Virus record (IMG/VR): IMGVR_UViG_3300038465_000091
Location: 159,507 to 223,506 of that record
Length of the DNA stretch: 64,000 nucleotides
Direction: 5' to 3' (one strand)
This document shows, piece after piece, positions 37,093 to 46,531 of this stretch (positions are counted from its first letter, which is position 1; each line of letters begins with the position of its first letter). The translations under genes and the position numbers were made by a program. The notes beneath the pieces were generated by a model. It worked only from the letters and a program-made list of their open reading frames with translations. It did not search any database and was not told the origin of the DNA.

Positions 37093-37213
37093 TTCCTATC
37101 CTTTTCGGCTCCGAATCGGGTATAATGGGGTGTGACATCGTTTGCTGGTAGCGAGGAATAACCAGCACCGGGGCGGACGGTGTTCCAAGCCCGTCCGCCC
37201 TACTTCCTTCTTT
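37093..37213 (+). promoter_or_regulatory. Promoter plus structured leader with a terminator-like hairpin
   Basis: TTCCTATC...GGG-TATAAT(37121-37126); hairpins 37143-37149/37161-37167 and 37171-37180/37191-37200, then a pyrimidine tract. Confidence 0.6.
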
Positions 37214-37225
37214 CAGGAGCCCATC

Positions 37226-37378
37226 ATGTGCTATATCGGTGAGCACGTCCGTACCGTCGTAGTTGACCCTCTTCAAGCCCCCGCCCCACTTCCCGGCCAA
37301 GAGCCCGAGATCGAGCCGTCATACGAGCCCGTGTTTGACGACCAGCCTGTGCTGGTGCCTGTTTACGTTAAACGGTAA
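37226..37378 (+). CDS. Small Pro/Glu-rich peptide (50 aa)
   Basis: AGGAG RBS; MCYIGEHVRTVVVDPLQAPAPLPGQEPEIEP... Confidence 0.65.
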   Translation: MCYIGEHVRTVVVDPLQAPAPLPGQEPEIEPSYEPVFDDQPVLVPVYVKR

Positions 37379-38139
37379 TGTTAGCCCCCGACTACATCTC
37401 GCCGTTCACGGCTTACCGCACGTGGCATTGGGAAATCCCAACAGGCATAACATCGCTGAATAGTGTCTCGTGGACACCACGGGAAGCTCACGTCGCCGTG
37501 TGCAGAAACAACAGACCGCATATCGCCCCTGACCTCGGTTGCACGTGCGGCATCTATGCGGCGAAGCACTGGAAACACCTGATTGACATTGGCTACGGCG
37601 GCTACGGCATTCACGGGGAAGTCGCCCTGTGGGGGATAATTGAAGAGTGCCGTCTGGGATACCGTGCTCAGTACGCCTACCCAAAATTCTTCTGCGTCCC
37701 GCCAATGATGCTCACCATGGACATGAAGATTGCTGAAGCAGGTATGGAAGCTCTCATTGCCTATAACGTCGATATCTTCGTGCTGGCAAGCAGCAAGCCC
37801 CAGCCAAATGTTGAAAAAGTTCCGCTGTGGGTGAAAGATTTCGGCTACTCCGCTCAGGGGATTGACTTCGTTGGAAAATACATTCAGCGGCTTTACTTAT
37901 TCAAAGGTGACCGTGCGGACGAAAACCCAGAAGTTGGCGACCGCCTGTGCATCAAGGGCGTGGGCATCGCCGTCGTCAAATCAGTCGCCCAGAATGAAGT
38001 CACCATCACGCTGTTCAACCAGACAATCCACCGTATCCCACGTGAGAGAATCACTTGGAATTTCCAGAATAACCGTTGGGAGTCGGACACCACAGGATCG
38101 AGCGTGGCGCTCTCCCGTGCGGCTGCTCGCGGGTTCTAA
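37378..38139 (+). CDS. Conserved-looking hypothetical protein with CTCGIYA motif
   Basis: PDYISP..AYRTW...C...H.AP...CTCGIYA...GEVALWG...GYRAQYAYP. Confidence 0.75.
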   Translation: MLAPDYISPFTAYRTWHWEIPTGITSLNSVSWTPREAHVAVCRNNRPHIAPDLGCTCGIYAAKHWKHLIDIGYGGYGIHGEVALWGIIEECRLGYRAQYAYPKFFCVPPMMLTMDMKIAEAGMEALIAYNVDIFVLASSKPQPNVEKVPLWVKDFGYSAQGIDFVGKYIQRLYLFKGDRADENPEVGDRLCIKGVGIAVVKSVAQNEVTITLFNQTIHRIPRERITWNFQNNRWESDTTGSSVALSRAAARGF

Positions 38140-38145
38140 GCCCCT

Positions 38146-38886
38146 TTATCTGTTAGCGCGAGAAACGAAATATTGATCGAAATCGGGATGATCGATACGA
38201 ATTCTAAACTCACCTAGTATAGGAGAGTCGCAACGATATATGTTCCCGAGCTTCTGAACCTTCCGCTTTGAAAATCCCGTCCCGCTCGGGTTGGCCTTGT
38301 CAATCAGACTGTGGATGAACGCACCCAACGCCTTCTCCTCAGGGTCCTTGGATTCCAGCAGTTGCTTACTTGACCTACTCATTGCACGGCGGATGTCGGG
38401 GCGGTGGAGTTTGTGAATCTCGGCTACCCGCTGGAATGAACGAGTCTTGATGTACAGGTCGATGATCGTGCTCAGGGGCACGCTCTTGATACTGTGCTCA
38501 AGCTTTGCCTGCACTAACACATCCTTCATCTTCCCCTCGGTAAACTCCTCCCCATACAGGATGAACGCACACAGCACCTTGACCGCCATGCGGATACGGA
38601 ACGAGCACACCGTCTGCGTACTGCGGTGGATGATCGCCAGTGTGTTCTGGGTCTTGCTCAACAGGTAGTAGCTCAGCAGGAGTTCCTGATCCTCTTTCTT
38701 CAAGAGGCGCAAAATCTTCAAGAACATTGGGAAATTCTCCTGAATGTAGGTGAGGATTTTTTGGTCTTCTTTTTTCTTGGGATCGGACTCTGCACTGAGA
38801 AGGGTCTGCCCTTCGAGGGCTTCTTCATCGGTTAGGAGCATTGCTCGCGAGGCGCAAATCGAATCCATATAAGGAGTATTTTCCAT
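38146..38886 (-). CDS. Sigma-70 region-4-like double-HTH protein (putative transcription factor)
   Basis: LRLLKKEDQELLLSYY...KTQNTLA..H..TQTVCSFRI..AVKVL and IIDLY..TRSFQRVAE.....RPDIRRAM. Confidence 0.55.
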   Translation of the reverse strand: MENTPYMDSICASRAMLLTDEEALEGQTLLSAESDPKKKEDQKILTYIQENFPMFLKILRLLKKEDQELLLSYYLLSKTQNTLAIIHRSTQTVCSFRIRMAVKVLCAFILYGEEFTEGKMKDVLVQAKLEHSIKSVPLSTIIDLYIKTRSFQRVAEIHKLHRPDIRRAMSRSSKQLLESKDPEEKALGAFIHSLIDKANPSGTGFSKRKVQKLGNIYRCDSPILGEFRIRIDHPDFDQYFVSRANR

Positions 38887-38929
38887 GTGTTATAATACTA
38901 AACCCCGTGACATTTTTAGGGATTTTTCC

Positions 38930-38959
38930 AAAATAAAAACGGGCTCCGAAGAGCCCGTT
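38930..38959 (-). terminator. Intrinsic terminator of the minus-strand fibre operon
   Basis: Minus strand AACGGGCTC-TTCG-GAGCCCGTT-TTTATTTT. Confidence 0.85.
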
Positions 38960-39008
38960 ATGCCTGCGGTCGGACCAAAGAAGGAGCCGATTCCGTTACC
39001 GCGCAGGG

Positions 39009-40409
39009 TTAATCATGCCAAGCGGCGACGTGAACGTGACCTGTGTGAGGAATGGAATCATTGTTTGAAACCCAAACGTTCAAGCCTACGCCAGCAATCG
39101 TCTGAAAAGCGACGTAACTGACCCCGACGCTCGGGAACTGCGTGACGGTGGGTGTGCCGGGTGCCACTTCATCTCCAAGTACGGTGACTTGTACCGTGTA
39201 GTTGTTGTCCGCGAATGCCGAGGAAAACGTCATTGCGATGGGGCCTGTGACCCCACCCTGAGTAAAAGATGTGGCGGTGGAACGTACAGTCTTAAATTTA
39301 CTGCCGCCCGTCGCGGCGTCCACGTAGGCTGTAGTTGCGATCTGGGTGTTATTCGTGAGCGGGGCCGCCGTGGGAGCAGTCGGAGTACCACTGAGTGCGG
39401 GAGACGACAACAGAGCGTAACCCGACAAGGCTGCGACAGTGATGAAGCCCTGTGAAGTAGCAAATGTCTCCGCGTTAGATTGAGCCGTAGCCGCTGCGCC
39501 AAATGCGTCGTAGAACGCCGAGTAATCCCCCGTCAGAGGTATTACCGCCCCCACACGACCGTTGAAGGAGCTTACACCCCCGCCCCCGCCTGCGGGAGTC
39601 AACCAGCTTGCTTTTAGTGGCACGATGATGGTTGTTGCAGCCGTAATGGTTACCGCACCAGTCAAAGCGATGGCCTGACCATTCAAGGTGCCCCCGCCTA
39701 ACGTGACACTTGTGTGGGCTAGAATCGTGCCGACCATGTTGCTAGTTGCAACTGATGTGAAAGAGCTACCGACTAGCCAGATGACAGTCGTGTTAGAGGA
39801 TGTTGCGAAACCTGAGAAACTTACGGATTGACCAGAAGCCAAATTTACCGTGCTTACGGCTTTGAAGATGTATGTGCCGGGGGCTGTGAGTACGATACCC
39901 GTTGGCATCGTCATCGAGCTTGTGGATGAGTAATTACCGGGAGCATACGTATTGCCGCCGCCGATACCACCTATGCTCAGATTGGTGCCGAGCGGTGTGA
40001 AAGTAAGCCCGCTGTAGTACGTGTATGCTGCCTGAGCCGCCGTTTGAGCCGCCGATGCATCGGCGCTGTCCACTATTGCTGGGGGTGGATTGAAGCCCGT
40101 GATTGTGGCGGTGGGAAAGGAGCCGATGGTTCCGCTAGTGACGACGGACGATGACCCTGTGTTCGTGATTCCGCTACCGGCGAGGATGGCGTAATTTGCC
40201 GCCGACCCTAACTGGGAATTTGCGATTATCGTCGTGAGGACCTGTCCGGGAATGGGGGCAACACCATCGAATGCCACGCCGCCGTTTATCACGGCGTCAA
40301 GTGCTCCCCAGTTGAAGTTATACTCGCGGTGTTCCTGATCGTCGTACCGCGATAAGATCAAGCCGAGGACTGGCGTGATTGTGTTGCCAAGTTGGGAATT
40401 ATAGCTCAT
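39009..40409 (-). CDS. Fibre protein with a DUF3494 ice-binding-like domain
   Basis: LGSAANYAILAGSGITNTG...VIWLVGSS...GTILAHTSVT...LNGQAIA; VSSFNGRVGAV and SPALSGTPTAPTA...TQIATTAYV fibre motifs; ATGA overlap with the upstream gene. Confidence 0.8.
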   Translation of the reverse strand: MSYNSQLGNTITPVLGLILSRYDDQEHREYNFNWGALDAVINGGVAFDGVAPIPGQVLTTIIANSQLGSAANYAILAGSGITNTGSSSVVTSGTIGSFPTATITGFNPPPAIVDSADASAAQTAAQAAYTYYSGLTFTPLGTNLSIGGIGGGNTYAPGNYSSTSSMTMPTGIVLTAPGTYIFKAVSTVNLASGQSVSFSGFATSSNTTVIWLVGSSFTSVATSNMVGTILAHTSVTLGGGTLNGQAIALTGAVTITAATTIIVPLKASWLTPAGGGGGVSSFNGRVGAVIPLTGDYSAFYDAFGAAATAQSNAETFATSQGFITVAALSGYALLSSPALSGTPTAPTAAPLTNNTQIATTAYVDAATGGSKFKTVRSTATSFTQGGVTGPIAMTFSSAFADNNYTVQVTVLGDEVAPGTPTVTQFPSVGVSYVAFQTIAGVGLNVWVSNNDSIPHTGHVHVAAWHD

Positions 40410-41131
40410 AGATGCGTTTCCGTGTGCTTCCCTCTCGTGCAGCCACAACCTTTTGTGTGCCCGTTTCGCAGACTTGTACCTTCAGCGTTGAAGGTATTAC
40501 CACATCGACAACGACAGTGCCATGCCGCCTTTCCAGATTTTGTGTTGCTAACCCTGTCCATTACTGCGACACCGTTGATAATTACACCGAACATGTCTTT
40601 AGCGGGCTTAGGTTTAAGTTCTGGATGACTTCTAGATTGCTGGGCGATACACATATTGGCGATTGCTTCTGGGCCACGTTTGCGTCCAAGCCTAGCGTCT
40701 CTCAATTTTTTCCTACATTCTTCAGTATTAAGCGCAAATTTAATCTTAATAATGGTTTCAGGTGATACTTTACGCCCATGCTGTGCGACACTCATTTTAC
40801 GCCGACTCTCTTCAGTGTGAGGTCCAGTGAAACCTTCCCCACCTCGACAAATGTTGTAACCGTACTCGGGGTCTTGGGATTTGAGGAAGGCGATGAAGTC
40901 TCGTTCGTAAGCGTCAAGTTCTGGACGGGTCTGGATGTCCGACAGAAGAGCGTGGATGGTGAAGGCTTCAATGGGGCACTCTCTTAAAGCCTCGTACAGT
41001 CTAGACCGTTTCGATACTCCCTTTCTGGCGTGTCCAAATTTCTGCTGAAGATATTTCCTCAAGTTGTCACCCTTGTGCTGCCCCACGTAATATTTTCCTG
41101 TAGCATGGTTGACGATAAGGTAGATGTACAT
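40406..41131 (-). CDS. GIY-YIG homing endonuclease
   Basis: MYIYLIVN..TGKYYVGQ...GYNICRGG, NUMOD3 repeat, C-terminal W.CRCRCG...L..G.TKGCGC. Confidence 0.88.
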   Translation of the reverse strand: MYIYLIVNHATGKYYVGQHKGDNLRKYLQQKFGHARKGVSKRSRLYEALRECPIEAFTIHALLSDIQTRPELDAYERDFIAFLKSQDPEYGYNICRGGEGFTGPHTEESRRKMSVAQHGRKVSPETIIKIKFALNTEECRKKLRDARLGRKRGPEAIANMCIAQQSRSHPELKPKPAKDMFGVIINGVAVMDRVSNTKSGKAAWHCRCRCGNTFNAEGTSLRNGHTKGCGCTRGKHTETHL

Positions 41132-41181
41132 GAAACCCCTTAATGAGTTGATGTTCACTAAGGGGTTCAATAGTTGTTTTT

Positions 41182-43695
41182 TTAAGAATGGCTGATCGCT
41201 ACCGCAGCGATGAGGGTCTCATAGCCGAGTGGGTTCGCGAATGATGGTGTCCAAGAGCCGGGTGCTCCCTGAACGCCCCACTCCACAAGGTAGTGAGCTT
41301 CAGAGCCGACCAGCTTACCATTGCTGGCTCTGCTGTAGCCGCCGTTGGTGATGCTGCCGCTTCCGCCGGGAGCCGTGATGACGGTCGTAGCCGTGACGGT
41401 GACCGCTCCGTTACCACCACCCACGGCAAGTGCACGCCCATTGAGGGTGCCGCCGCCGAGAGTGATCGAGGTGTAAGCCAAGATGTCGCCGACCATGTTG
41501 CTGTTGGCAACTGAAGTGAAGGAGCTTCCAACCACCCAGACCACGTTCTGGGCCTGTGCGCCGTTAGCGAGGATGATGGACTGACCGCTCTCAAGCGTTA
41601 CAGTCGATGCCGCGACGAACACAAAGACCGCGTTCGAGTTGCCTTGAGCGTCGAGAGTGATGGAGGTCGGAATGTCCAACGCCCCACCTTTATAGACGCC
41701 AGCGTGGTACACACCTGCCCCACCACCACCGTTGTTGGTGCTGAGGTTGGCAAGACCCGACTGGGTTGCGGTCAGACCGCTGTAGTAGCCAAACGCCGCG
41801 TTACCCGCGAGTCGCGCTGCCGCCGCATCTGCGTTGTCCACGATTGCCGCTGGGGGATTGAAACCAGTGATGGTCATGGTCGGGGCCGAACCGATGTCGC
41901 CGCCCGTTATTGAAGTCGAGGACGAAGCGTTCGTGATCCCGCTGTATGCCAACAGAGCATAGTTAGCAGCCGAACCCAATTCAGCGTTGACAGAGGAACT
42001 GTAGGCTATCAGCGTAGAGTCCGTGCCGAGGCCGAGACCGTTGGCGTTCTTCTGGAGACCTACTACGATGACAAGATCGCCAGTTGGCGGCGAGCCGCTG
42101 CCGGACGTGACTATCGCGGCGGTAACAGCGGGATTAGCCGCCGTGATTGCCGTCTGCGAGAAACTGGCTGGAGAACCACCATCTTCGATTGCCACGCCCG
42201 TCATGCCCGTCCAATCAATCACTTGGAAGTTGATGCCGCCGTCGAATACTGGCTTGCCAGCCGCGAGGTCGAGCGGAGCCGTAATACCGTTCTGATATAC
42301 GGAGTTGAGGTTGACTGGGTAAGAGCCGCCGATTGCCGAGGCGCAGACCCAAACGTAGAGACTTGGGTAATAGCCGTCGATGTTCCAATCCGCTGCTGGC
42401 CATGGGAGGTTAGCAGCGGGAGGAATCGAATACCCGCTGTAGTCCGCGTCCGCGAGGTTGATGCTTGCCACGAGTACCCAGTTGTTTCCTGCGGAAACCG
42501 TTCCCCCACCCGGCGAAGTGACAGCCGTGGCGGTACTGATGCTGATTGCACCAGACGTTACCACGATGCCCGCGAGTGCGCGACCGTTGAGGACGCCGCC
42601 GCCGAGAGTGATGCTGGTGTTGGCGAGAATCGTACCGACCATTGTGCTTGTTGCAACGCTGGTAAAGGAGCTACCGACGATCCAGACTACGTTAGCCGCC
42701 TGCGCCCCGTTGATGAGGGTCACAGCCTGCCCGCTTGCTAGATTTACTGTTGACGCTGATTTGAAGATGAACAGAGCGCCCGAGTTGCCTTGAGCGTCAA
42801 GAACGATGCCCGTGCTCATTGCCATGCTGGAGGTAGCGGAGTAGTTGCCTGCTCGGTAGACGTTACCGCCTGCGATACCCGACGTACTCAGATCGACCAC
42901 GCCGCCGAGTGACGTAAAGGTCAATCCTGAGAAGTAGTTGTACGCCGCGAGAGCGTCAGTTTGAGCCTGCGCTGCGTCTGCGTTGTCAACCACTGCGGGA
43001 GGAACGAGAACCCACGCGCCCGGTGTGATGGTCGTGGTCGGGAATGAGCCGACGTTACCACCCGTGATGACGGACGAGCCCGAGTTCGTGATTCCAGCAG
43101 CCGCCAACAGTACGTAGTTCGCTGCCGACAGTAAGTGCTGGTTGACGACGGGAATCGGGGTGGTGGAGTTGTGGTCCGAGATTGTCGGAGCAGGCGGCAT
43201 GAAGTCGTTCAAGCCCTGAAGGTAACCGAAATTGGGGGACAAGCCGTGAAGCTGATCGAACGGGTCGAGACTCTTGAGGCCGAATGCGATGGCTACAAGT
43301 GTATCGCCAGCCAATGGGCTGACATAGACGTTATCGCCTTGGTCGTTTGCCCACATGTTCGAGACTTTTGAAGCGTACTGCAAAGGTGTGCCCCATCCAA
43401 CAACCAGTTGGACCTGACCAGCGGCAACTACCGCCATGCCATTGCGGTTGTTGAGGACGAGGGTCGTTGCGGAAGATTGGAGGCACAGGAACGTGCCATT
43501 GTTGCTCGCATTGGCGAAACCGCTGACGGTAAAAGCCTGACCTGCGTAGGCTCCGTTCGGCTGTGTTGCCGTGACTGCCCCACCAGTGATGGTTCCAGTG
43601 TAGGTTGTGCTGGCACTTGGCGACCCGGGAAACGGGTAAACTGCATTGCCGACCTGCGTCAATACGAAAACTGGACCGATTGTTGGTACGCCCAT
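41182..43695 (-). CDS. Virion appendage protein with two DUF3494 ice-binding-like domains
   Basis: Two copies of SAANY.LLA..GITN...LDAQGNS.A.F.F...NGAQA.NVVW.VGSS...G.ILA.TSITLGGG.LNGRALA (about 43137-42510 and 41983-41370). Confidence 0.85.
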   Translation of the reverse strand: MGVPTIGPVFVLTQVGNAVYPFPGSPSASTTYTGTITGGAVTATQPNGAYAGQAFTVSGFANASNNGTFLCLQSSATTLVLNNRNGMAVVAAGQVQLVVGWGTPLQYASKVSNMWANDQGDNVYVSPLAGDTLVAIAFGLKSLDPFDQLHGLSPNFGYLQGLNDFMPPAPTISDHNSTTPIPVVNQHLLSAANYVLLAAAGITNSGSSVITGGNVGSFPTTTITPGAWVLVPPAVVDNADAAQAQTDALAAYNYFSGLTFTSLGGVVDLSTSGIAGGNVYRAGNYSATSSMAMSTGIVLDAQGNSGALFIFKSASTVNLASGQAVTLINGAQAANVVWIVGSSFTSVATSTMVGTILANTSITLGGGVLNGRALAGIVVTSGAISISTATAVTSPGGGTVSAGNNWVLVASINLADADYSGYSIPPAANLPWPAADWNIDGYYPSLYVWVCASAIGGSYPVNLNSVYQNGITAPLDLAAGKPVFDGGINFQVIDWTGMTGVAIEDGGSPASFSQTAITAANPAVTAAIVTSGSGSPPTGDLVIVVGLQKNANGLGLGTDSTLIAYSSSVNAELGSAANYALLAYSGITNASSSTSITGGDIGSAPTMTITGFNPPAAIVDNADAAAARLAGNAAFGYYSGLTATQSGLANLSTNNGGGGAGVYHAGVYKGGALDIPTSITLDAQGNSNAVFVFVAASTVTLESGQSIILANGAQAQNVVWVVGSSFTSVANSNMVGDILAYTSITLGGGTLNGRALAVGGGNGAVTVTATTVITAPGGSGSITNGGYSRASNGKLVGSEAHYLVEWGVQGAPGSWTPSFANPLGYETLIAAVAISHS

Positions 43696-43814
43696 GGTAG
43701 TTGTCCTTGGAGGAAATATCCTCTACATAAGATGGATTCCGTAGCGAAAATATTTATTCGCGATTATTCCATCAATCATTTAATGACTTCAACAATCCCT
43801 AGTAGGGGACATCG

Positions 43815-44333
43815 ATGGCGTTGCTGAGGGGCTATTTATACGTGATCGCTGATAAAGGTCGGCAGTTTGCAAAAATAGGCATGTCACGGGATGTAATTTC
43901 CAGATTCAAGGGATTGCAGACCGCCTGTCCGCTTGATTTGGAGGTGGTGAGTGCCCATCCATGTACGTATGTCCGCTTTCGGGAATTCAAGGCTCATGAA
44001 CAGTTAAAGGATTTGCGCCTTAGAAATGAGTGGTTTAGTTGGGATGAGGTTAGGATAAATACGGCCATTGAGAAGGCTTTGGCGATTCCCGATGAGGTCA
44101 TAAAACCCAGTTTAGAAAAATTGTGGATGTCGAAACCAAACCCAGAACCAGAGGTTAAAGTTAGAGTCCATAGCTACCCTGTAAAACGGGTGGACACTGG
44201 GGAAGTATTTCCCACCGCTCAAGCGGCTGCCGAGGCGGTATTAGGTTCTAAGAGGCTCGCCAAGAAAATCAAGCAAGCGATCAGGGATGGGGCGAAATGC
44301 GGACCCACGTTCTGGGCAAGGGGAGATACATGA
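43815..44333 (+). CDS. GIY-YIG family protein (T5orf172/MUG113-like) with NUMOD1-like tail
   Basis: GYLYVI...AKIGMS...RFKGLQTACP..L...H..L..LRLRNEWF; DTGEVFPT...AAE. Confidence 0.8.
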   Translation: MALLRGYLYVIADKGRQFAKIGMSRDVISRFKGLQTACPLDLEVVSAHPCTYVRFREFKAHEQLKDLRLRNEWFSWDEVRINTAIEKALAIPDEVIKPSLEKLWMSKPNPEPEVKVRVHSYPVKRVDTGEVFPTAQAAAEAVLGSKRLAKKIKQAIRDGAKCGPTFWARGDT

Positions 44334-45040
44334 GCGTAGCACTTATCTTCATCTGCACGGGAGCCAACTATCACAAATACATCGAACCCGCAGTTGCCAG
44401 CGCGAAGAAGTATTTCCTGCCGCAGCAAACAGACATCCTGTTGTTTACGGATAGCGAGCGGCAGTACGACGTGGCGAAACAAGTCCAGTCGCCTCATCTC
44501 GGCTGGCCCAATGTCACGTGGCGCAGGTTTCATACGTTCTTGGGCGAGGAAGTTTGGCTGTCCGAGCATGACTTCCTTTGGTACATGGACGTTGACTCGG
44601 AGATCGTGGCCCCTGTGGGGGAGGAAATCTTTTCCGATGGCATCACCGCCACGGTACACACGTCGTTCATCCTGAGTAAAGGGACGTACTGCACTCCCGA
44701 GGAGAATCCGCGATCCGCCGCCTGCTTGAGCAAGAAAGACATCCGCAAGATGTACACGGGAATGTCCTACGGTGGAACATCTAAAGCTTTCCTCGCGTTG
44801 TGCCGCGAGTGCGCTACGATTGTGGACATCGACACCAAGAATAATTTTGTTCCCATTTGGCACGACGAAAGCGTGCTCAATAAATATCTGTACGACCACC
44901 AACCAGCCAAGGAGCTTGGAGAAGATTACAATGCTTGGAACAGGAAACCCAGCACCAAGGTGTTTCGCGTCCCCAAACCCGGTGCTCCGAATCGTCCTGC
45001 CGTCAACGGAGTTCAGCCGTCCGATCCGAGGAATGCATGA
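44330..45040 (+). CDS. GT6 family glycosyltransferase (ABO-like alpha-1,3-Gal/GalNAc transferase)
   Basis: ICTG.Y..Y......AKKYF...FTD...WP..T..RF...YMDVD...YGG...WHDESVLNKY. Confidence 0.85.
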   Translation: MSVALIFICTGANYHKYIEPAVASAKKYFLPQQTDILLFTDSERQYDVAKQVQSPHLGWPNVTWRRFHTFLGEEVWLSEHDFLWYMDVDSEIVAPVGEEIFSDGITATVHTSFILSKGTYCTPEENPRSAACLSKKDIRKMYTGMSYGGTSKAFLALCRECATIVDIDTKNNFVPIWHDESVLNKYLYDHQPAKELGEDYNAWNRKPSTKVFRVPKPGAPNRPAVNGVQPSDPRNA

Positions 45041-45744
45041 GGGTATTAGTAGCTATTCTCGCCTGCCACAGGTACGTCGCAATAAATGGTCGGGGTTGGG
45101 ATTGGACGAATAGGGATAAGCACCGCCTCATTCCCGTAGACGCGCAGATAGCCGCGTGTCGGGAGACTTGGGTCAAAGGTTTGGCGACGTACCCCAATGT
45201 CGATGTTAGATTCTTTTATGGACGCGGGGCGAACCGTCAGCCGCTAGCCGATGAGGTATTTTTGGATGTCGCGGACGATTACAAAAATCTACCATACAAA
45301 ACGAAAGGTATCTGTGGGTGGGCAAACGGGCATTACGATTTCACATTCAAAACGGACGACGACACCTTTGTTTGGACGAACAACCTCATGAATAGTGGGT
45401 TTGAAGGTTGCGATTACGTGGGCTCCGTCAACGACACCAGACCCCAAAGCCTCTATGCAACGGGGCTGGGGTATTGGTTGAGTGCAAGAGCAGTGAGATT
45501 GGTTGCTGGCGCAATCCCTAATACTGATTTAGAAGACCATTGGGTGGGGTCGGTGCTTCGTAAGTCGGGGATTGTTCCAAAACACGATAAGCGATACGTC
45601 AGTATAGGCAGCAAATTTGTGGGGGTAGATGCGATGCCTCGAAATTCCGAATTCATTGCCGTTCATCCGTGTAGTCCAGATATGATTCATACTTATGATT
45701 TCGAGGAATGTCCTCGGGGTCGTCCTTGGAGCCAAAATGATTAA
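45037..45744 (+). CDS. GT31-like galactosyltransferase
   Basis: RETW...LDVADDYKNLPYKT...FKTDDDTFV...DYVG...GLGYWLS...EDHWVG. Confidence 0.85.
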   Translation: MRVLVAILACHRYVAINGRGWDWTNRDKHRLIPVDAQIAACRETWVKGLATYPNVDVRFFYGRGANRQPLADEVFLDVADDYKNLPYKTKGICGWANGHYDFTFKTDDDTFVWTNNLMNSGFEGCDYVGSVNDTRPQSLYATGLGYWLSARAVRLVAGAIPNTDLEDHWVGSVLRKSGIVPKHDKRYVSIGSKFVGVDAMPRNSEFIAVHPCSPDMIHTYDFEECPRGRPWSQND

Positions 45745-46531
45745 CGTCACGCTAGATGGTGGGTTGGGTAATCAGCTTTTTCAATATGCCCTCGGTCGCA
45801 GATTCGCGGCCAATGGGCATGATGTTACGTTTGACAGAACACGTGTGGTCGATTATGATGGTGCCGCCCACCATAAAACTCGCGCTCAGTATGGTCTAGA
45901 CGGGTTTAATACTACAGTAAAGTTCGGTAGCCCCATAGGTCCGATCTTCAGCGACTACAATTTCCCGGGGGCTTTACCATTTCGACCTGAAGTCTTGAAT
46001 TTGCCCGCTCCCCACACCTTGAGGGGGCATTGGCAGAGTGAGCAATATTTTGCGAATGTGGGTGAGCTTCGTAAGGAATTGACACTCAAGGTCCAACCCA
46101 GTAGTGCCGTTCAAAGTGTCGCGGAACGAATTAAAGCTGGTAACAGCGTGTTCCTGCACGTTCGTCATGGTGATTATCTGATAAAGGAAAACGTGACGTA
46201 CCATGGTCTGATGACCCCCGAATACTACACTCGTGCATTGGGGTTCATCTCAGCCCGTGTAACTGATATCAAGCCCTTCATATTCTCGGACGACCCGGAG
46301 TGGTGCCGACAGAATTTGGCAGGGGAAGTTATAGCTGGGAATAATCAGTTTGAAGACCTGTGGTTGATGAGTTTGTGTCAACACGCCGTCATCGCCAACA
46401 GCACATTTAGCTGGTGGGGTGCGTGGCTAGGTGATACACAAGAGCGCATAGTGGTAGGACCCGCCCAATGGTTTTTGACACCCCATTTAGACGCACGTGA
46501 CATCATCCCGACACGTTGGGTAAAACTATGA
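45737..46531 (+). CDS. GT11 alpha-1,2-fucosyltransferase
   Basis: GGLGNQLFQYA, GHWQSEQYF, HVRHGDY, FSDD, DLWLMSLC.H.VIANSTFSWWGAWL. Confidence 0.92.
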   Translation: MINVTLDGGLGNQLFQYALGRRFAANGHDVTFDRTRVVDYDGAAHHKTRAQYGLDGFNTTVKFGSPIGPIFSDYNFPGALPFRPEVLNLPAPHTLRGHWQSEQYFANVGELRKELTLKVQPSSAVQSVAERIKAGNSVFLHVRHGDYLIKENVTYHGLMTPEYYTRALGFISARVTDIKPFIFSDDPEWCRQNLAGEVIAGNNQFEDLWLMSLCQHAVIANSTFSWWGAWLGDTQERIVVGPAQWFLTPHLDARDIIPTRWVKL

